Assembly (NCBI RefSeq): GCF_006345805.1
Contig: NC_043003.1
Coordinates: 82,956,001-83,020,000, forward strand
From: Octopus sinensis
Taxonomy: Eukaryota
Direction of reading: 5' to 3'
Length of the DNA: 64,000 nt
Shown here piece by piece: positions 1 to 11,139 of the stretch. A program made the translations under genes and the position numbers. Each line of letters opens with the position of its first letter. Positions within the stretch are counted from its first letter, which is position 1. The notes beneath the pieces were generated by a model. The model ran no database searches, was not told the DNA's origin, and saw nothing but the letters and a program-made list of their open reading frames with translations.

Positions 1-389
1 TGAAAGGTAGTATTTAATTATTTTGAATGCCAATGACATGTTAGAAGTCTCATAATAATTCATACAAAACTCATGAAGCTACTTTTAAATTCGTAAAATA
101 TGTATTAAATGGAGAAGAAAACACATTGTACATAAAATGAAACGGTATTTTCGTTAACTCAGTGTGGTGAATCGAGAAATGTAATGTATCAAAATTCCTC
201 CTGTGGAAAGGAAAAATAATTATTGAGCAGGGTAATGAGGCGCGTGTCTGACCTTTGCAGTAGAGGAACAGAACAGACGTTTTGTATTATTTCATCTCCT
301 CAGTGACGTATTTTAATACTTACAAGTACTCACGAAACAACAGCAAATTACTTTTAAGTGATGGTGATTATTTCATTCATCCTTTGCAG

Positions 390-446
390 ACTCGATTTTC
401 GGATCATATTCTTCATCTGATTCCAGATAAATTGGAAATATACCAA
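390..446 (+). CDS. Candidate internal exon (phase 0-0) of an unidentified host gene: TRFSDHILHLIPDKLEIYQ
   Basis: Acceptor tttcattcatcctttgcAG and donor CAA|GTAAGA. 57 nt long and only one frame is open. Phase-compatible with 7094-7131. Confidence 0.45.
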
Positions 447-1491
447 GTAAGAATTTTCTCTTAAACAGTGACGCACACAACACAAACATCTAAGATTTTA
501 GTTGGCGTGTTAACACCATATTTTTACTAGATTATTGTGACAGCGAAAGATTATAGATAACTCTATATTCCATCCTCTGAATTTAAACATGGTTAATCTC
601 CTGTTAATAGATTTCACTGTCCTTGAATCTAGAACACAGGACAATCGGTTTCGCTGAGTGTCATCGATGTATATTTATATATTTAAGATCAAATGCTTTA
701 GCTTATCTGGCTCGATGAAGTTATTAAAAAGTGGTATAACCTACTAATATAGTACATGACCATGCTGAGAGATTTTGCTGAATCTCAATAAACACTTCAC
801 TAAATGCCGCATCTTTTTGAGCACAACGAATTTTGGAAGGAAATTACTCATTGGATAACGTAGAAAGCGTAGTGAAGTCCAAACAAATCCAAATGTTTAA
901 ATATTCTTCTCATGCAGCAAGTAAAAAAATAAACTTGTCTAATATTTTTACAGTATATTTGCCAAAATATCTTTATATCTAAATCATTGCAATTCGGTAT
1001 TGATTTACAGTACATCAAAGTGTGATATCAACAACATTACAATCCGTCGAGGTCCGATAGTATAGGTGCAGATGTAAATTAGTAGTTACATAATAAGATA
1101 TAGAGTGATGGTGGCTCCTCTAAGAAGGATGACTAGATCTGGCTAACACGCACAAACTGGTAACAAGAAGTGGGGAAGATTATTCAGCCCGGAGGAAACT
1201 ACCCAGATCGCAGAAACAGAAACCACTTTAGTAACGAAATAAAAAAAAATGGTGGAGAGGGGTGTCAGTGTGTCAGTAGGTTAAATTTGGAGTGCATTGT
1301 TAAACGACGGTTAGGCAAGCAGTCTACTAACTATTATTTCTGGACGTGGTTTATTATGCTCAAGTATGTACTTTCCAGATATATTATCTCTACAGTAATG
1401 CATGTGAGTTACAAATATTAATTGATGTATTTTTCAGTTTTGAAAAGAATTCTTTTACTCTGTTTTGCTCTGATCGGCTTGAGGATAAATA

Positions 1492-1575
1492 GAAGACACT
1501 TGACTAAGGTGCCACACAGTGTGAGTGAGCTCAAAACCATGTGGTTGGAAAACAAGCTTCTTAACACACGCCATA
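1492..1575 (-). mobile_element. Fragment of CORE-like tRNA-derived SINE (family B)
   Basis: gaagacacttgactaaggtgccacacagtg...aaccatgtggttggaaaacaagcttctt matches the head of the full copies at 59293-59702 and 5431-5804. Confidence 0.6.
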
Positions 1576-1699
1576 ACTGTACCTATTCACAATCTTGTTC
1601 ATGCAGTCTTTGTTATGTTAATGATGTACGATCTGGAGAAGAGAGCTTTAGTGATGGTGAATTCTAATATTTGATTCGATTGTGAAGTTTCTAGTTACA

Positions 1700-2140
1700 A
1701 CCCATGTTTAGGTGGGAAGGCAAGGGACGATAATGTTTTCTTTACAGTTGAAATGATTGTATCGTTTTACTGTTGACAAGAACGGAACGGCTTCCTTGAA
1801 AGATGTTCCTTCGGATCTCAGATCATTGTATTAGTGCAGATTTCAAGTGAAATGTCATGGTGCGTAAGGATAACGCTTTTTTATGGGAAGCAAAAGTAGT
1901 ATCATCTGCGTGTAGGAGGAAAAGTCTATGGAATAAAACGGAACCTCAGGGAACGTCAGAGTTGGCAGAATGAGGGTCAGAGAGATCTTCATCTACACAG
2001 TTTGCGATAATGCAATCCGACTCGAAGCCATTAGTACATGAGTTAAGAAACGGGAGGAATCTATAGTCAGATAGATTTGGCAATAAATTATTATGTCACG
2101 TAACATACATTTTGCTGATGTCGAGAGCAATAAAAATGAA
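1700..2140 (-). mobile_element. Decayed non-LTR retrotransposon RT (Jockey/L2/CR1-group-like)
   Basis: Minus-strand translation reads IALDISK...HNNLLPNL...NSDVP*GSVL...LLHADDTT, i.e. the ALDISKAFD, GVPQGSVL and YADD motifs with stops and an internal deletion. Confidence 0.75.
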
Positions 2141-3025
2141 TTAATCAAATTCTTATGATGAAGTACTCATTGGTGAATGGTATGGAAAGCAAGATTTTCA
2201 AAAATGTGGTAATACAAAAATTGTACTAGTAGTCATTTATATTGTGATCTTTAACTACAATTGGACCTCTTTGAATAAAAATCATATTTCGCCCAGAAAA
2301 CTAAACATTGCGAATAAGGGTGTCATGTGCTTTCGTCAACCATGAAATAGAAGTTATATTCAAGTGTTGACTGTTACTTACACATCGTTAGTAAATATGG
2401 GAAACTGATTCTTTTACTGCAGATAGCTATTAATTATTGCCAATGTATCTAAGATGGCATTATTCATAAAAATTAATATCTGGATAATAAAGAAAACGAA
2501 AAGACGAACACAGATTTGATCATAGGTACAGAGAAAGAGAAGTTAGATATAAGAACTAATGGAATTAATTTGCTCAAAACAACATATAAGAAAGGAGTTG
2601 TGAATAAATAAAAACGTAACTCAGTTAATGTATTGTTTTTAATCTCTTGAAATATTAGCATTCGCGAAGATAATCATAGTTTACAATTAAAATGTCAGCT
2701 ACATATTATTATATCAAACAAGTAAAGTTAACAGAAATGAGAATAAAATGTTAGGATCTCCGCCTTTAATTAGATATGAAGCTTAAATGGAAACATAGTA
2801 TTCAGAAAGGAGGAAGAGACATAAATATACATTGAAGACTATTCCGAAGAAATCATTTACTTCTAATGTTTATTCCAAGGTTGGAAGCTTTAGAAATTTC
2901 ATCTCTAGTAGATTTTATTTTCTTTGAGTCATAATGTCGTAATATCAACTAACGGTTCTCAAATAATAAAGTGTTGTTGCAAGATATAGCATCACCCGGT
3001 AGTTTTTGGCAACCTTAAGCGTTTT

Positions 3026-3072
3026 ATTATCATTATTATTATTATCATTATTATCATTATTATTATTATTAC
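3026..3072. repeat. (ATT/ATC)n microsatellite at the 3' end of the R4/Dong element
   Basis: Direct reading. Confidence 0.95.
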
Positions 3073-4147
3073 TCAGTAGTTTTATTTTTATAGCGTGCTT
3101 TCACTTCACTACCGAGCGCAGCTCTGTGTGCCTTGGGTATGTGCTGTGATTTGTTGTGATGCTCTGATGGTTATTGTATGGAAAGTGTTCTGCGTAGGAT
3201 GTGTGCAGTGCCTAGTAGTGCAATTTTCTGTATGTTATATGTGTTTGTAAGTCCTGGTGTTTTTCTTATGTATTTGTCTGAATATTTTTTTATCATGCCT
3301 AATGCACCTACTATGATAGGAATTGTTTCTGTTTTCAGATTCCACATTCTAGTTACCTCTATTTCCAGGTCTTTGTATTTTGAGAGTTTCTCCATTTCTT
3401 TTAGAGACACGTTGTCATCTGCCGGTATTGATACATCAATTAGAAAGCATTTTTTTCTTCATGATCTCTGACAACTATATCTGGTCTGTTGGCCTTAATT
3501 TCTCTATCTGTGTGTATCGGCATATCCCAGAGTATGGTTGTTTTCTCGTTTTCTGTGACCTTTTCTGGTGTGTGCCTATACCATCTTTTTTCTGTTGTTA
3601 TTCCATAATGCTGGCATAGCTTCCAATGTATGTAGGTTCCAACTCTGTCATGTCTGTGAATATATTCCTTCTTAGCCAGGACTGGGCAGCTAGAGATAAT
3701 ATGATTTATTGTTTCTTGTCTATCTTCACATATTCTGCAATTACTTGTAATATTTCTTTTCATTACATGTTTTTGGTAATTTCTGGTGGGGAGGCTTTGG
3801 TCTTGTGCTGCAATTAAAAATCCCTCTGTTTCTGCTTTGAGTCCTGAGCTTCTCAACCATTGCTGGGATTTTTCTTTGTCTATTTCTTTTGCGTTTAGTT
3901 TAGTCCAGTATTTACCATGAAGGGGCTTTTCTTAACATCGTTTTATCATGGTTCGTTGCTGTTCTATTTTTAGTTTGGATTTCATTTGTTTTATAGCTTT
4001 TGTTGTTTCTTCATCTTCTTCTTCTTCTTCATGTTTATTAGGTGGTATGATTTCTTGTTTGTATTTGTCAGCTTCCTTAAATACTGAGAACAGTTTTTTG
4101 TTTTGCTCGTGTTTTGCCGCTATCTGGATCACTTTTCCTTCCTTCTG
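3073..4147 (-). mobile_element. 5'-truncated R4/Dong-clade non-LTR retrotransposon (restriction-like endonuclease type)
   Basis: Frameshifted ORFs give AETEGFLIAAQDQSL, a CCHC finger CRICEDRQETINHIISSC, RHDRV..IHW, RPDIVV and KYKDLEIEVTRMW..TIPIIVGALG. Short 3' UTR, (TAA)n on both flanks. Confidence 0.9.

Positions 4148-4198
<51 letters not shown>
4148..4198. repeat. (ATT)n microsatellite
   Basis: Direct reading. Confidence 0.95.
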
Positions 4199-4200
<2 letters not shown>

Positions 4201-4202
4201 AT

Positions 4203-4558
4203 AAAGCAGCACACTGACAGAATCGTTAGCATTCCGGGTGAAATGCTTAGATGTATTTCGTTTGTCGTTACGTTCTGAGTTCAAATTCCGCCGAGTTCGA
4301 TTTTGACTTCCATCCCTTCCGGGTCGATAAATTATGTGGAAGTGAAACACTGGGTTCGGTGTAATCGAGTAGTTCCCTCTCTACAAATTTGAGGTTTTGT
4401 ACCTCAACGCGGCGAGCTGGCAAAATCGTTAGCACGCTGGGCGAAATTCTTAGCGGCATTTCGTCTGTCCTTACGCTCTTCGTTCGAATTCCGCCGAGTC
4501 GACTTCGCCTTTCATTTTTTCGTGGTCGATAAATGAAATACAAAAATACCAGTGAAAC
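4203..4558 (+). mobile_element. Two tandem decayed copies of tRNA-derived SINE family A
   Basis: Both copies show the head (..ctggcaaaatcgttagcac..), the B-box-like gagttcaaattcc and the central gtcgac(t)ttgcctttcat..gtcgataaa block shared with 62494-62729. Confidence 0.8.
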
Positions 4559-4559
4559 C

Positions 4560-5000
4560 CCTTTCGTCTTGAAACAAAGATGGTCGTTTTTCTTCAAGTG
4601 CTGATTTGAATAACTGGTTGAAAGACGAAATCCAAGCTTCTCTGATAGTTCTCCAACAGTTACGAATGGATTTTGGTCCACCAGGATTTGCAGGATGTTC
4701 TCGTCGAGCTCTACAGATTTTCCAGGACGAGGCTCGTCTTCTAGTCTGTAGTTCCCGGCTCGGATTTTCTGGAACCACCGTTGACTCTGGCTTACGTTTA
4801 TTGTCCGATACCCATATACTTCATTAATATTCCTCGCACATTTCTTGCGTTGTTGCCCTTATTGCACCCATATAGCAAAATATGCCAAATATTTTCCTTT
4901 GACGCTTCTATTATAACTTTGAAAAAATAACTGTTAAAAACGAACGGCGTTTTTTCAAAACTTGTATTAAGAATAAGGACAGGATCAACTTACCACTAGC
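4560..5000 (-). mobile_element. Internally deleted mariner transposon relic
   Basis: Minus-strand translation: SQSQRWFQKIRAGNYRLEDEPRPGKSVELDENILQILVDQNPFVTVGELSEKLGF (HTH region), fused by frameshift to KSALEEKRPSL.FQD (catalytic region). Confidence 0.8.
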
Positions 5001-5430
5001 CTTTATAGTGAGTTGATACAGGTAGTTCAACCCGCCCCATTCCGTATTTTAGTTCATGCAGTTATTTATGCGATGACCCAATACGTTCGAAGACACACAC
5101 ATAAACACATGTATATACATACATATATCGTGAATCTTGAGTGTACAAATAGATGTATGAATGCCACTGGTGTTAACTTCAGAGACACAGGAAGATTTTC
5201 ATTGAACAGTAGTCGTACTAGTTAAGAAATAGTGTGTTATTGTAGGAAAATTCAAGATAAACTCAAGTTTATATTGTTAGATTCTATCTACGGAACATCA
5301 GTCAGATTATTTAGAATCTGGCATGTTCCAAGTGCATTTCGATTTTTGCCAGATCGGATCTTCAAGGAACACTTTACAGCATTAAGTTACAGTGAGTAAA
5401 TAAATAAATAAATAAATAAATGATAAATAT

Positions 5431-5804
5431 TCTTTATTCTTTTATTCTTTTAACTACTTCAGTCATTTGATCGAGACCATACTGGGGCAACGCCTTTAGT
5501 CGAGCAAATGGACCCCAGCACTTATTCTTTGTAAGTTTAGTACTTATTCTATCGGTCCCTTTTGCCGAACAACTAAGTTGCGCGGACGTAAACACACCAA
5601 CATCAGTGCGGGTCAACGCAAACACACAAACTTATACACACATATATATATACGACGGGCTTCTTTCAGTTTCCGTCAACCAAATCCACTCACATGACTT
5701 TGGTCGGCCCGAGGCTATAGTGGAAAACACTTGCCCAAGGTGCGATGTAGTGGGATTGAACACGAAACCATGTAAGTGAGAAGCAAGCTTCTAACCACAG
5801 AGCC
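5431..5804 (-). mobile_element. CORE-like tRNA-derived SINE (family B), near full length
   Basis: Colinear with 59293-59702, with an internal CA/TA tract and a (TTTTATTC)-type tail. Confidence 0.85.
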
Positions 5805-6134
5805 AATATTATATTGCACACACACACGCACTCACACACACAGAATATAACCATAATAGGACATCCGACTCACTAGAAAGAGCAGTTAAACTCCAAACCA
5901 CTAATAGTTGTAATTCTGAAATGGAAAGAGAAATAAAAACGTTTACCCTATTCTTTCTGGACTATGCATAATTTCGGCAATCTTTTGTAAATAAAATAAA
6001 TTTATTTACGACTGGCGTTGCACTCTTCAGCAGAAAGCCAAGGACTAGCATATAGTAGTTTAACTGCTCTTTCTAGTGAGTCGGATGTCCTATTATGGCC
6101 ATTCCTTATATGTTTGTGTATATAAATATATATA

Positions 6135-6346
6135 CCGGAGTAAACACATAAATGTGAAACAAGGTGGAAAAAAGAGTACTCAAATACCAGTGGTAGAGTA
6201 ATATGCTTTATTTAAAACAGCAGAAAATTCAACAAACCTGTTACTTTGAGTTTCGTGTTGCCGTTCTAGCAAAAACTGTCCGATGAACGGCAACGCGAAA
6301 CTCAGAGTAACAGGTTTTGCTGAATTTTCTGCTGCTTTAAATAAAG
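6135..6346. mobile_element. Fold-back (palindromic) mini-element carrying a hammerhead motif, probably PLE pLTR-derived; copy 1
   Basis: Inverted arms at 6206-6266 and 6286-6346 plus a ~70-bp unique tail (6135-6205). Flanked by (TA)n. A homologue with the same ends lies inverted at 51039-51268. Confidence 0.85.
6273..6318 (+). ncRNA. Type I minimal hammerhead ribozyme fold, U4C core variant
   Basis: aaaCUGU-CCGAUGA-A CG GCAA CG C-GAAA-CUC A GAG U-A-ACAG guuuu. Stem I is CUGU/ACAG, stem II has a GNRA loop with an A.C mismatch at its base, stem III is the near-palindrome ACUC-A-GAGU, and the triplet is GUA. Confidence 0.65.
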
Positions 6347-7093
6347 TATATATATATATATAATATATTTATGATATATGATATATTATAATGTAACGTA
6401 ATATATATATATTAGGTGCTATTTCTTGTCAAAGTATACCCTTTCAAAATTCAAAACCCTATAACTGAATAATTAAAATAGGATATATATGGCATGTATG
6501 AATCTTCTTTCAGCGTGTCACTTATAGAAATGAAAGATTTATATGAAACAGGATTTGCAATGAGCATTCATTTATATATATATATTAGACATGCATTGCA
6601 TGCCTGAAACGGAATATATGTGTGCGTGCGATGGCGTGTAACGTAGAACGAAATATAACAATTGAAGTATTTTGTTATTAAATCTATAGAAACATGTATA
6701 TAAGGATTATTTATCCAAAAGGATATTTGAATAAGTTTATTTCAAACTCCTCGGGGTATTTCTGTGAACTATGAAAATTTTGAGTTTTGAAAACTGCATT
6801 AATTAAATTGTGCTTCTATTGTTCTAGTCAGCTGAAGTGAAAGTATATGTCATCATAGAGATATGAAATTATACAGGAATCGAAGAAAACGGTATATAAC
6901 AATGGGTGCCATGTCTTTAGAATTCTGTAATAACATTTAAAAACTACTTTTTATGGTATTTTCGCTTGGACATTCCAATTACAAATCGTGACAATTTACC
7001 ATTGCTTTCATCGCCTTCTCAGCAAGACATGAAACAACTCATCATCGCTCAGTAACAAAACACAACTTCTGACAAGCGTTTCTATTGCTTCAG

Positions 7094-7131
7094 AAGTGTA
7101 CCACCATCCCGTATTTAGCACATTGCATTAG
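7094..7131 (+). CDS. Candidate internal exon (phase 0-2): KCTTIPYLAHCI(R)
   Basis: Acceptor ttctattgcttcAG and consensus donor AG|GTAAGT. Only phase 0 is open. Links 390-446 to 9171 in frame. Confidence 0.45.
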
Positions 7132-7343
7132 GTAAGTGTGACCCTTTGGCGTCAAATATTTTGCTCCTGTATGTCACGCATGAACGAGAAAAGAGGAAGT
7201 GGTGACCCTATCATGTACTATTTACTTACTCCACTGTCCCTAATTTTGTAGTTCCCAATATATTTTAAAATAGAAACATAGTTGTTCCTAAATCTCTCAA
7301 CGAGAAATATTCAGTAGCAGCAATGATTTTTTGTCAACCTAAC

Positions 7344-7871
7344 GTGTCAGTCCTATTTTGGGGCGAACGCTACTGGCTAAACGACATACGATCTGTGTAC
7401 TTATATAATCCAATAGGGGAGGATAACACCCCTACCCAGCACAAAGCTGTATCTGTGGACCATACAGTGTCAGGGTTATTTCCTTTCGTTGGAACAGAAT
7501 AAATCTTCGGCTGAGCAGATACTGCTAAACACCCGTTACTTTAATGTGCTGCTACTGAATATATCTCGCTGAGAGATTTATGAACAACGTTTCTATTTTA
7601 TTAGATCAGTGACTCTGGGTCACTTAGAAAATTATATATATTTTCATACGGGTGTTCAGCAGCCCTATCTCAGCTGAAGTTATTCTGTGCTGATGAAGGG
7701 AAATAACGCCGAAAGCGTACGGTCCGCAGATACTGCTTTGTGCTGGGTGGGGGTGCTAACCTCTCCTCTTCGAAAATATAATGACATAGAATGTGCGTCG
7801 TATAGCCAGCTGGAGACGATGTCTCCTGAGACTAAACAGCAGTAGCATTCGCCCCAAAATGGGACTGCCAC
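7344..7871. mobile_element. Long diverged inverted repeat (fold-back), each arm with a hammerhead-like motif; PLE pLTR-like
   Basis: Arm 7344-7536 is the reverse complement of arm 7648-7871 (gtgtcagtcctattttggggcgaa / ttcgccccaaaatgggactgccac), with a ~110-nt spacer. Confidence 0.85.
7684..7731 (+). ncRNA. Type I hammerhead ribozyme fold
   Basis: UCUGUG-CUGAUGA-A-GG(gaaauaacg)CC-GAAA-G CGUACG G-UC-CGCAGA. 6-bp stem I, intact core, palindromic CGUACG in stem III, GUC triplet. Stem II is short and there is one G.G mismatch in stem III. Confidence 0.7.
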
Positions 7872-9004
7872 ATTAGGTTGGCAAAATATCGTTACGTCAT
7901 AACGTGCGCGCGCGCTGTGTGTGTGTACTGTTCAGTAAAAAAACTTCGTGCTGCATCAGTTTTGTGAAATTTTATTAGTGAACAGGTCGCGTTTTCAAAG
8001 CGATGAAAATATTTTGACACGAATTAAGTTTTAATACTGAAGTGAAACTAACAGTATTTGTGTATTCTTGAATGGTTTAAAAAAATCTTCCATGCTGCAA
8101 TTGTTTTGTTTCAGTACATGATCTCAGATTAATTCACTTGCTATGCAAGTACATCGCCGTCATTTTTCAAAATTATTGTGGATAAATACCAGCAGTGACC
8201 TTCTCACGCTCTCCATTATTATAATTTCTAAGCAGAAAAAATCGGGGCGGAGAGTTGGGGTTCCAAAAATTCCATAACTTCTCAAATCATCTTTTTCGTA
8301 GCATATAAATGTATTTAGGGGGAAAAAATATTGAAAAACATCAATGCATGCAAAAGTGATAAACAAAACGAGGAAGGCTGTTTTGGATGTGCTAGAAACA
8401 GCAGCCAAATCGCCCTTAAATCGCTTTTCCGCCTGAAAATATTAAGCGTTTAAATTTTTTACCGAAAATGCCCTTCCCATGGCTTTGAAGTGCAAAACAA
8501 AAAAAAGAATTGGACAAAATAGGTCCGGAGTGGGATGATGAGGGACTGGGTGTAAGAAAAAGAGTTTTCAAAACATTTTCATACAGAGATGCCCACCCAC
8601 ACCAACCCTATCAATTCGAAGACAGTGATTTTAAAATATGGGGGAAATCCCCGAAAAAATTTCCTCCACAAATTTCGTTATAATTCTAATCTATGCCGTT
8701 TGAAAGGGATTTGTATAAATTTTCATCAACCGAAACTCATCTTCCTGAAAATTATGAGGGAAAAGGTCAGATCCTGTGAATTTTCTGAAACTCCTCTCTC
8801 CACACCCTCACAAAAATTCAGACCCATATATCCTTATATAATCTTAAGCCACAACATCTAAGCGATGTTTGTAGAAAATTTTGTTTAAACGTATCCATTT
8901 TTCTGATTGTTATGAGGCAACAAATTCGGAGACGTATACATGTGTAGGAATGCCTTTTTACATATACGATCTTTTCATTTCATGTTTATTTCATTCATTG
9001 TTTG

Positions 9005-9008
<4 letters not shown>

Positions 9009-9057
<49 letters not shown>

Positions 9058-9115
9058 ATCTATCTATCTATCTATCTATCTCTATCTCTCTCTATCTCTC
9101 TCTCTCTATCTCTCA

Positions 9116-9160
<45 letters not shown>
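9009..9160. repeat. (CT)n/(CTAT)n microsatellite, doubling as a polypyrimidine tract for the candidate exon
   Basis: Direct reading. Confidence 0.95.
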
Positions 9161-9162
<2 letters not shown>

Positions 9163-9170
9163 GCACACAG

Positions 9171-9336
9171 ACATTATAATGCTAACAGATGGGCTGCTGA
9201 ATTGAAATGTTGCTTTGAGAGAAAGGTAAAATTTGACAAACAGCTCCTCTCTCTGTTGTTGGACTACCATGATGTTTGTTTAAAAAAGAGGGATTATGAG
9301 TGTGATAAAATAATGAAAGCAATATTTACTAAGCAA
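9171..9336 (+). CDS. Candidate exon (phase 2-0): (R)HYNANRWAAELKCCFERKVKFDKQLLSLLLDYHDVCLKKRDYECDKIMKAIFTKQ
   Basis: (CT)n followed by cacacAG acceptor, with an alternative in-frame AG at 9188. 55 open codons. Donor is either AAG|GTAAAA at 9225 or CAA|GTGAAC at 9336. Phase matches 7094-7131. Confidence 0.45.
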
Positions 9337-10662
9337 GTGAACATTATTATACAAAGAATTAAATATACGTAAAATATAAAAATTATTAGAAATGGAAATC
9401 AAATGTGAAAACAATATCAAGGGCCCAGCAGAAAACCGCCTGGAGGGCGGTCTTTCTGCTAATACCAATAATTCAGTAGCGATTTAAGTCAGTCAGTCTT
9501 ATAACACATGTACTCAAAATTATCTAGGATAAACTTAAAGAGATCAATGGATTTGTCTAAAACATAGGAGAAGCGTCATAAAGAAATAATTAATTGCATG
9601 GCAAGCCCAGCTTACTATCCAATATCTAACTATGTTAACGTTACTTTACGTTCTTTAACTTGCTAATACCATTTACCTTGTACAAAATATAAAACTCTTC
9701 GTATATGAGTAGAGAGAAAATCACTTGTACATATTAAAATGAGAAGAGAAATTTGGAGTAATTATATACCAGAGGATATGCATTAAACTCTTATTTAGTT
9801 TATTGTAGGTCTACTTTTTTAATACTATAATATAAAATTTAATCTATTGTATCCATATTCGATAAAATAAACACCCACTGTACACAACCATCATATGTTT
9901 AAGCACTGATTAATAATCATAATTAAATAATCATCATTCTTATGAATTCCACATTGTTGCAAGTATATTTCTATTTAAGCGTTAAGTAATTAACGCAAGG
10001 TCATTAAAATCTATTTGTAAATAATTATTTCACGAGGGTAAAACGATAGTCGTCAAGCACTAATATTTTTCTCATTGTTCTACAATTACGGGAGGCAAAC
10101 ACAGACATGTTTCAATTTCATTATATCTCTTCCTGCACACGATCCCTCTTTCGTCATTAATGCTATCTTTTGTGTTATCGAATCATACACACGGTGTTGT
10201 CCTTGCCTGCTGCAACAATAAATATTTCAACAGAATTTAAAATGGTTAAATTTAGTCTGACCAGACACATCCTTTTCCATTCTGTATCAATGAAAGGGCC
10301 CTTATTTATACGTTTGTAAATAGAAAAAAAATGTTTAAAAAAATTTCGAAAGCAAGCGGCATCTTAATGATGACACAACCTGTTAGAAATGACAGCCAAA
10401 TCTCCATCAAATCATTTTTAACATTATAAGCAACAAATTAGGTATAATGTACATCTAGGTGACCTTGAAAAAACGGGGGTTAGAAAAAAACAGGATAAGT
10501 CTAGTCCATCAAGTGTTACTTAGTATTGAACAACACCATCGCCGTCACATCACCATCACCACCAGCAGCAACATTGTTGTCAGGAATAAATTGTATGCAT
10601 CATATATATATACACACACACATATATATGTGCATATATATATATGTATATACACATACATA

Positions 10663-10770
10663 TGACGGGCTTCTTACAATTTCCGTCTTCCAAATCCACT
10701 AACAAGGTTTTTGTCGGCCCGAGGCTATTGTCGAAGACACTTGTCCAATATGCCACTCCGTGGACCATTG
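10663..10770 (-). mobile_element. Partial SINE family B
   Basis: gacgggcttctt..tttccgtc..caaatccact..ggtcggcccgaggctat..gaagacacttg block. Confidence 0.75.
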
Positions 10771-10834
10771 AACGAGTTGGACTGAATCAGTCACCATGCG
10801 TCTAGATATATGCATATTTATTTCTCTGTGTGTC

Positions 10835-10838
<4 letters not shown>

Positions 10839-10906
<68 letters not shown>

Positions 10907-11005
10907 GTATCGATCTATCTTTTTAATTTTCTATCTATTCAAATGTATATACATGCATACATACATGCACACACACGCACACATACATACATACACACAC
11001 ACACA

Positions 11006-11069
<64 letters not shown>

Positions 11070-11090
11070 AGTGTACATGTGTATATGTGA
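10839..11090. repeat. Compound (TA)n/(TATG)n/(CA)n microsatellite
   Basis: Direct reading. Confidence 0.95.
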
Positions 11091-11139
11091 ACTAACAAGT
11101 GTAAGGTTGTCATTCAGATCGGAAGTCGCGTATACTAAT

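Noticed and set aside
7885-7925. CpG-rich patch with TTACGTCA (CRE-like) and GCGCGCGC
   Set aside because: A single short motif with no other promoter evidence; it may be a transposon end.
8160-8408. 82-aa minus-strand ORF with a hydrophobic N-terminus
   Set aside because: It starts at TTG inside the dispersed CAGCCAAAT repeat motif, with no splice or homology support.
7094-9336. Faint resemblance of the joined exon peptide to RasGEF (IRHFN..RW) or spatacsin C-terminal (LLDY) segments
   Set aside because: Only a few residues match by eye and true orthologues would be far more conserved; no gene name assigned.
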